Shown piece after piece: positions 59,186 to 64,000 of a stretch of 64,000 nt of DNA. Source of the stretch: Myxococcales bacterium (lineage in GTDB: Bacteria > Desulfobacterota > Binatia > HRBIN30); contig JBBILD010000003.1 in NCBI GenBank assembly GCA_037445065.1, forward strand, positions 32,001 to 96,000, in the 5' to 3' direction. Made by a program: the position numbers and the translations under genes. The number at the start of each line of letters is the position of its first letter. The first letter of the stretch is position 1. The notes beneath the pieces are model-generated. The model was given only the letters and a program-made list of their open reading frames with translations, did no database searches and was not told the DNA's origin.

Positions 59186-60598
59186 ATGGCGCGCAAACAG
59201 CTTTCATGGTTAACGGGGGCGACTCTGGTGCTGCTCGTCGGTTCCCGTACGGTCTTTGCCTTTTCGACGGGGATCACCGGTCTGACCACGAGTTCCACGG
59301 GTTGTAACCAGTGCCATTCGGGCGGACAGGTTCCAGCCGTGACCTTGAGCGGGCCGACCAATGTCGCGCCCGGATCCACGAACGAGTACACGTTAGAGAT
59401 CACGCCCGTGGGCACGCAGATTTGGGGCGGTCTCGACGCCGGTGCGAGCGGTGGCACCCTATCTGTCGGTGGCTCGAATTCTGCTTCGACGCAGCTCCTG
59501 AGCGGCGAGATCACGCATACGCAGCGCAAAGGGGGAGACGGAAACCCGATTCGTTTCTCCTTTCTGTGGACGGCACCAGCGGTGGGAGGAGTGTTCACGC
59601 TGCGCGCGTGGGGCAACGCGGTCAATGGGAACGGAGCGAATTCCGGCGACCGCGCCGCGTTCGCAAGTTTGAGTGTGAACGCCGGTCCGACCGCCACGCC
59701 GACCGTTACTGCAACCGCGACCGCTTCGCCCACACCGACTCCACCGGCGCACGACGCGCTTGTGCAGCCCTTGGCCCCGCGTACGATCAAGATTCCCAAA
59801 ACGGCTCCGGTGGGAGTGACCAAGAAGTTTGCGCTCAAGGTGCGGAACGCCGATCCGAGTGGCGTCCCAGCGCAAACGATTGCCTTGTCATTACTGTCCA
59901 CGACTTGCCCGTCAGGGGTGACCTTCACGGCTCCCGATTTCGACGGCAAGACCGCCGGCGAGCAAAGTCAGATTCTGCTCAACCCCGGACAAGGGAAGGC
60001 CGCAGTGGTCTCGGTGAGTGTATCGCACGCCGACATCAGCTCGCTTTTGCCCACGCTGCCCTTCCGCTGCTCCGCCACGTACCGGGCTGACGTGGTGCTG
60101 AGTGGGAACACGGACCCATCCCCGAACAACAACGAATTTCCATTGGAACTCAACTTCATTGACCTCGCCGATGCAGCCCAGCCAGCACCCGACGAGGCAT
60201 GGCTCAAGCGCGCTCCGCACGCTCGCGCCAACATCCCGTCTGGCGTGCTCACGCAAACCGTCCGTCGCACGATTCAAGTCGCCAACGCCGACACCGTGCC
60301 TCATACTCTCGGTCTAGCCGTGGACGCATCTGCGTGCCCTTGGGTGTCGGTGCTCAGCATTGACTTCGATCCCAAGACTCCGAGCATCGAGCCCAACCTG
60401 CTGGTGGCCCCCGGAAAAACCGGGAAGGCGCTGGTGCAGTTGGTCGCAGATGGGTCCATGATCTCCACTTCGAACAGCAGGGCGCCGCAGCGCTGTGTGC
60501 TCACTGCGACCGTACAAGGCCCGGCCAGTCCGGATCCGGAGCCCAGTAACGACAGTAGCAAGTTCGTACTGGATGTGATTGACAAGAACGACTTGTAG
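59186..60598 (+). CDS. Secreted protein: CxxCH Reeler/choice-of-anchor-V-like domain, short PT linker, two ~140-aa two-Cys domains
   Basis: N-domain near-identical to that of 56895..58592; C-terminal units ending DPSPNNN and DPEPSND; GGAGG RBS. Confidence 0.88.
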   Translation: MARKQLSWLTGATLVLLVGSRTVFAFSTGITGLTTSSTGCNQCHSGGQVPAVTLSGPTNVAPGSTNEYTLEITPVGTQIWGGLDAGASGGTLSVGGSNSASTQLLSGEITHTQRKGGDGNPIRFSFLWTAPAVGGVFTLRAWGNAVNGNGANSGDRAAFASLSVNAGPTATPTVTATATASPTPTPPAHDALVQPLAPRTIKIPKTAPVGVTKKFALKVRNADPSGVPAQTIALSLLSTTCPSGVTFTAPDFDGKTAGEQSQILLNPGQGKAAVVSVSVSHADISSLLPTLPFRCSATYRADVVLSGNTDPSPNNNEFPLELNFIDLADAAQPAPDEAWLKRAPHARANIPSGVLTQTVRRTIQVANADTVPHTLGLAVDASACPWVSVLSIDFDPKTPSIEPNLLVAPGKTGKALVQLVADGSMISTSNSRAPQRCVLTATVQGPASPDPEPSNDSSKFVLDVIDKNDL

Positions 60599-60613
60599 AG
60601 TGCATTATGTGCC

Positions 60614-63502
60614 ATGACGTATTTTCTCGTCATGGCACTTGCACTCGTAGCGCTGGCAGAGCGGGTTCGTGCCGTTTGCTCGGCTTCGGAAATGGTTGGG
60701 ACCGAACCAAGCTGTACGGCGCCTGTTTGCCGAATCCGGGGCACCTACACAATCGAAGACCAGTGCTTGCTGGACTTCTCGTTCGCGGATGTAGTGTTGG
60801 AAGCCGGTGCGCGCTGGAATGTGGGGGCGCGGTCGGCCACTGTGCTCGCTCGCAGCTTCACGGTGCGTGCGGGTGCATTCGTGGATGCACGGGGCCTCGC
60901 GACGCAGGGCCCGGGGACGCGCGGCGGCACGCTGGAACTACGGGTTGGGGGGCCCGTGTTGCTCGAGGCGGGCAGCACACGGGGGCGGATCGACGCCTCT
61001 GCCACCCAGCATGCTGGGCAGATCCGCATTAGCGCGGCGGGGCCGCTCCGGATCGCGGGCCGCCTACTGGCCGCAAACCTCACCAACGGCGCCTCGGGCG
61101 GGCGGATCGAACTGGTAAGTTCGGACGCGGTGATCGTCGACAGCTCGGCCGAAATGGACTTTTCGGGCGGCCTCTCCGCCCCCGGGGGTGGAGGATCGCT
61201 CTCCATCCGGGCGGGAGCCGATGTCACCTTGGGTGCACCGCTGGCGGGCAACGGCTCGAACGGCGGGACTGTGCAGATCGAAGCCGGAGGGAAGGTTGCA
61301 GTGGGCACGGTCCTGCTGAGTGGGACGGGCGATGCGGGCAGTGGTGGAACGTTGGCGATCCGTGCCTTTCGCGACGTCGCACTGCTCGGCCCGGTGCGCC
61401 TGCAGGGAAGCACGCGCCTGCTGACAGACGGTGGGGATGGCGGAGCGCTGTCTGTCGAAAGCCGCTACGGCTCGGTGCAGGTCGGCGCCACTCTCTCGGC
61501 CGAGGGAGCCGAACCCAACGGCTTTGGCGGATCCATTCAGATCCTCGCTGCTGGTTCACTTACGTTTGCCAAAGGCACGACGGTTTCGATGCGTGCCAAC
61601 GGCTCCCTCGGTGCGGGCGGAACACTGCAGGCCTGGGCAGGTCAGCAGATCGTGCAACTGAGTGCTGTTGACGCCAGCGGGGGGGCTGAAGGCGGACAAG
61701 TGGGGTTGGAGGCACTGGGAGATCTCGTGCTTGCCGGCACGATGGACGTGCGCGGACGGGGCGAAGGAGCTGTGGGCGGCGAAGCAGGACTGCTGGCAGG
61801 GGGCTCGACCGAGGGAGCTTGGGCGCAGGGGGACCTGCGCATCTCGGGCACAGTTGATGTGTCTGGCGGGACGTGCGGGACTTCCGGTTGTGGTGCTGGA
61901 GGTTCGTTTTCGGCAACAGGATGTTCCGTATCGTTGGAAGGAACGGGCCGCGTGCTAGCGCGCGGTGGTGGGGAAGGGGGAGTTCTGACCATGACCGCGC
62001 GCTCCTCGCTCGGCGTGCAAGGGACTCTACTCGCCACCCCTAGCACGAGCGGGGGTCGGCCGGGTGTCATCCACTTCCAGGTACTGAACGGAATCGCCCC
62101 GGTGGTGAGTGGAAATGCGCTGCCGCTCCCGGTGATCACCGCGAGCCCCCCATGCACGCCTGAAACGATCGCCGGCTGTGTCATGCCGTGCCCACGCTGC
62201 GGCGACGGCCGCACGGACTACCCCGAAGAGTGCGACGATGGGAACCAGGCGTCGTGCGACGGCTGCTCCGCGCACTGCCAGCAAGAGGATTGCGCGCCTG
62301 CGGCATGGTGTGTTCCCTGCGAGGCATCCCTGGGCTGCCCTCCAGAGCCCGAGCCGCGGTGTGCGCCGCCGCCCAGCGCCACGCCGACGCCGACCGCGCG
62401 GCCGAGCGCGACGTCCACGCCGACTGCGCGGTCTAGCGCGACGGCCACCCGCGCAGTGCCAGCCGCGACGTTGACCGCAACGGAGACACCGAGAGTCGTG
62501 CCGACTGCAAGCCCGACGCCGACACCGCTCGTCAGCGGATCGGTTGCGACGCTGCCGACCCGGAGTCCCACACGAACGTGGTCGCCCACTGCCGGCCTAC
62601 AGCCTTCTCCGACGCTGCCGCCGACTGCTACAGCGAGCCCTACCTCGACCCCACGGTCACGGCACGACCTAATGTTGTTCCCGCCGCGCCCGGTGGTCTT
62701 GCGCTTGGCCCCCGGCGCTGCGCTGGTGCACAAACCGTTACCAGTGCGGGTGCGCAACATTGCCAGCGACAGCGACGTTGCGGTACCTGTGCGTGTGGTT
62801 GCGACCAGCAACTGTCCCACCGGCTCGGTCCCCGAGGCGGTAGCGTTCGACCCCGGGGGCGAAGGGAACCCGAGTGTCGCTCTCGTTCCCCCTGGGAAGT
62901 CTCGTCAAGGGTTGCTCGAAATCGAAGCCCGTGCCGAGGCGTTTACCTCGACGGGGCCGCTTTCCCCCCAGCGCTGTCGGATCGAGCTGGTGGCTGAGGT
63001 CGCGTTGCCGGGTAACCAAGACCCGACACCGGACAACAACCGGGCGTTTGTGGAAGTGGACGTGGTAGACGCGGGCGACGGGTGGCTCAGCAGGGTCCAC
63101 CAAACGGCCATCGTCGCAGCACACCCGAAGGTGATTCGGCTCCAGCCTGGTCACGATTTCGCGGAGGCTCGCTTACGACTCGGGCTGCGGAACGGGGACC
63201 GCAACGATCGGGACGGACACGCGGTGCGCCTGCTGGGCAGCGACGGGACTTGCCCGGCGGGCACGATCGGCCCGCCGTTGCTCCGACCGCGGCCGGATTT
63301 GCTGCCTGGAGCGGTGTGGGTGCGCAGTGCGGGCACGCGCGGCCTCTCGGTGCCGGTTCGTTATCGGAGAGCTGACATCCCGCTGGCCGCACCTGGTCGG
63401 CGTTACCGCTGCTTTCTGTCGTTCGAAGCAATTGGCCCTGCCGGGGACCGCGATCCGAGCAACAACACCACCGTGCTTACCCTCGACATGGTGGTCCGCT
63501 GA
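60614..63502 (+). CDS. Secreted protein: Gly-rich beta-solenoid, Cys-rich repeat, PT linker, two ~140-aa two-Cys domains
   Basis: N-region colinear with 40671..43142; CGDGRTDYPEECDDGN; C-terminal units ending DPTPDNN and DRDPSNN. Confidence 0.86.
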   Translation: MTYFLVMALALVALAERVRAVCSASEMVGTEPSCTAPVCRIRGTYTIEDQCLLDFSFADVVLEAGARWNVGARSATVLARSFTVRAGAFVDARGLATQGPGTRGGTLELRVGGPVLLEAGSTRGRIDASATQHAGQIRISAAGPLRIAGRLLAANLTNGASGGRIELVSSDAVIVDSSAEMDFSGGLSAPGGGGSLSIRAGADVTLGAPLAGNGSNGGTVQIEAGGKVAVGTVLLSGTGDAGSGGTLAIRAFRDVALLGPVRLQGSTRLLTDGGDGGALSVESRYGSVQVGATLSAEGAEPNGFGGSIQILAAGSLTFAKGTTVSMRANGSLGAGGTLQAWAGQQIVQLSAVDASGGAEGGQVGLEALGDLVLAGTMDVRGRGEGAVGGEAGLLAGGSTEGAWAQGDLRISGTVDVSGGTCGTSGCGAGGSFSATGCSVSLEGTGRVLARGGGEGGVLTMTARSSLGVQGTLLATPSTSGGRPGVIHFQVLNGIAPVVSGNALPLPVITASPPCTPETIAGCVMPCPRCGDGRTDYPEECDDGNQASCDGCSAHCQQEDCAPAAWCVPCEASLGCPPEPEPRCAPPPSATPTPTARPSATSTPTARSSATATRAVPAATLTATETPRVVPTASPTPTPLVSGSVATLPTRSPTRTWSPTAGLQPSPTLPPTATASPTSTPRSRHDLMLFPPRPVVLRLAPGAALVHKPLPVRVRNIASDSDVAVPVRVVATSNCPTGSVPEAVAFDPGGEGNPSVALVPPGKSRQGLLEIEARAEAFTSTGPLSPQRCRIELVAEVALPGNQDPTPDNNRAFVEVDVVDAGDGWLSRVHQTAIVAAHPKVIRLQPGHDFAEARLRLGLRNGDRNDRDGHAVRLLGSDGTCPAGTIGPPLLRPRPDLLPGAVWVRSAGTRGLSVPVRYRRADIPLAAPGRRYRCFLSFEAIGPAGDRDPSNNTTVLTLDMVVR

Positions 63503-63777
63503 AGCCGCGGCCCGCACGCTGGATCTCGAAGGCGGTTTCTATGACCTAAAGGCAGATTCCAGCTTGGTCCGGGAAAAGTCGCACACCTTCGGGAGGCACG
63601 CTGGTTTCGAGTCCGGCGGGCACAGAAAAGCAGCGCAAGGTAATTCCGGGACTGGCTTGCATCGGCTTTACCCGAACTGCCGCGCGGCCTTGCTCGGATA
63701 CCCGCGGTTTCGCGCTCTAGGTAAACGGGATGCGCACGGGGTGAGACCAGGCGGGGTCTCACCTGCGTTGTGCCCAG

Positions 63778-64000
63778 CTACCGTTGAGGGTTGCGCACGG
63801 GGAGCTCGGCTTCGGCGTCCGCGGTGGCGGTGATCTCGTCCCGGTGATTCACGCACTCGAGGGCGAAGCGCACGTAGCCTTTCCCGTTGCGCAGAAACTT
63901 GTCCGTTACCTTGCCTTGAACCCAGGTTACGTCGCCCATGAAGTTGAACTTGTGGTAGCGGGCGTCAATTTTGGTAATGAACGCATTGTCGCCGATCCAG
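63778..64000 (-). CDS. MaoC/FAS1-like hotdog dehydratase, C-terminal part (5' end beyond the window)
   Basis: Hand translation: WIGDNAFITKIDARYHKFNFMGDVTWVQGKVTDK...CVNHRDEITATADAEAELP...*. Confidence 0.75.
   Translation of the reverse strand, partial: WIGDNAFITKIDARYHKFNFMGDVTWVQGKVTDKFLRNGKGYVRFALECVNHRDEITATADAEAELPVRNPQR

Noticed and set aside
56960..59700. DGR template/variable repeat pair between the two CxxCH domains
   Set aside because: Differences are not adenine-specific, both copies are coding, and no reverse transcriptase is present
63598..63620. tRNA T-arm-like CGCTGGTTTCGAGTCCGGCG
   Set aside because: No acceptor, D or anticodon arms could be built around it

Overview
GC-rich bacterial chromosomal window. 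It is mostly housekeeping: trehalose genes otsB/otsA/treS, hppA, an rsmD-coaD fusion, fabI, lgt, leuCD, xseAB-ispA-tlyA, ctpA, queA-tgt-yajC-secDF-recJ, hsp20-groESL and alaC-hom-glpX. The Cys-flanked dockerin-like tails, Myxococcus-type Cys-rich repeats and LLM enzyme suggest a Deltaproteobacteria-related lineage such as Binatota/Binatia (inference). The most striking feature is a set of four secreted proteins forming a complete 2x2 matrix. Two N-terminal cargoes (a Gly-rich beta-solenoid with a Cys-rich repeat, and a CxxCH-bearing Reeler/choice-of-anchor-V-like domain) are each joined via Pro/Thr/Ser linkers to either a dockerin-like tail or a tandem pair of an unrecognised ~140-aa two-Cys domain. 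An isobutyryl-CoA-mutase-like enzyme has its two subunit genes separated by ~6.3 kb of eroded secreted-protein genes. GlpX and the TreS maltokinase domain appear to have lost catalytic residues. No rRNA, tRNA, CRISPR array or intact mobile element was seen. All calls are by eye; no database searches were run.
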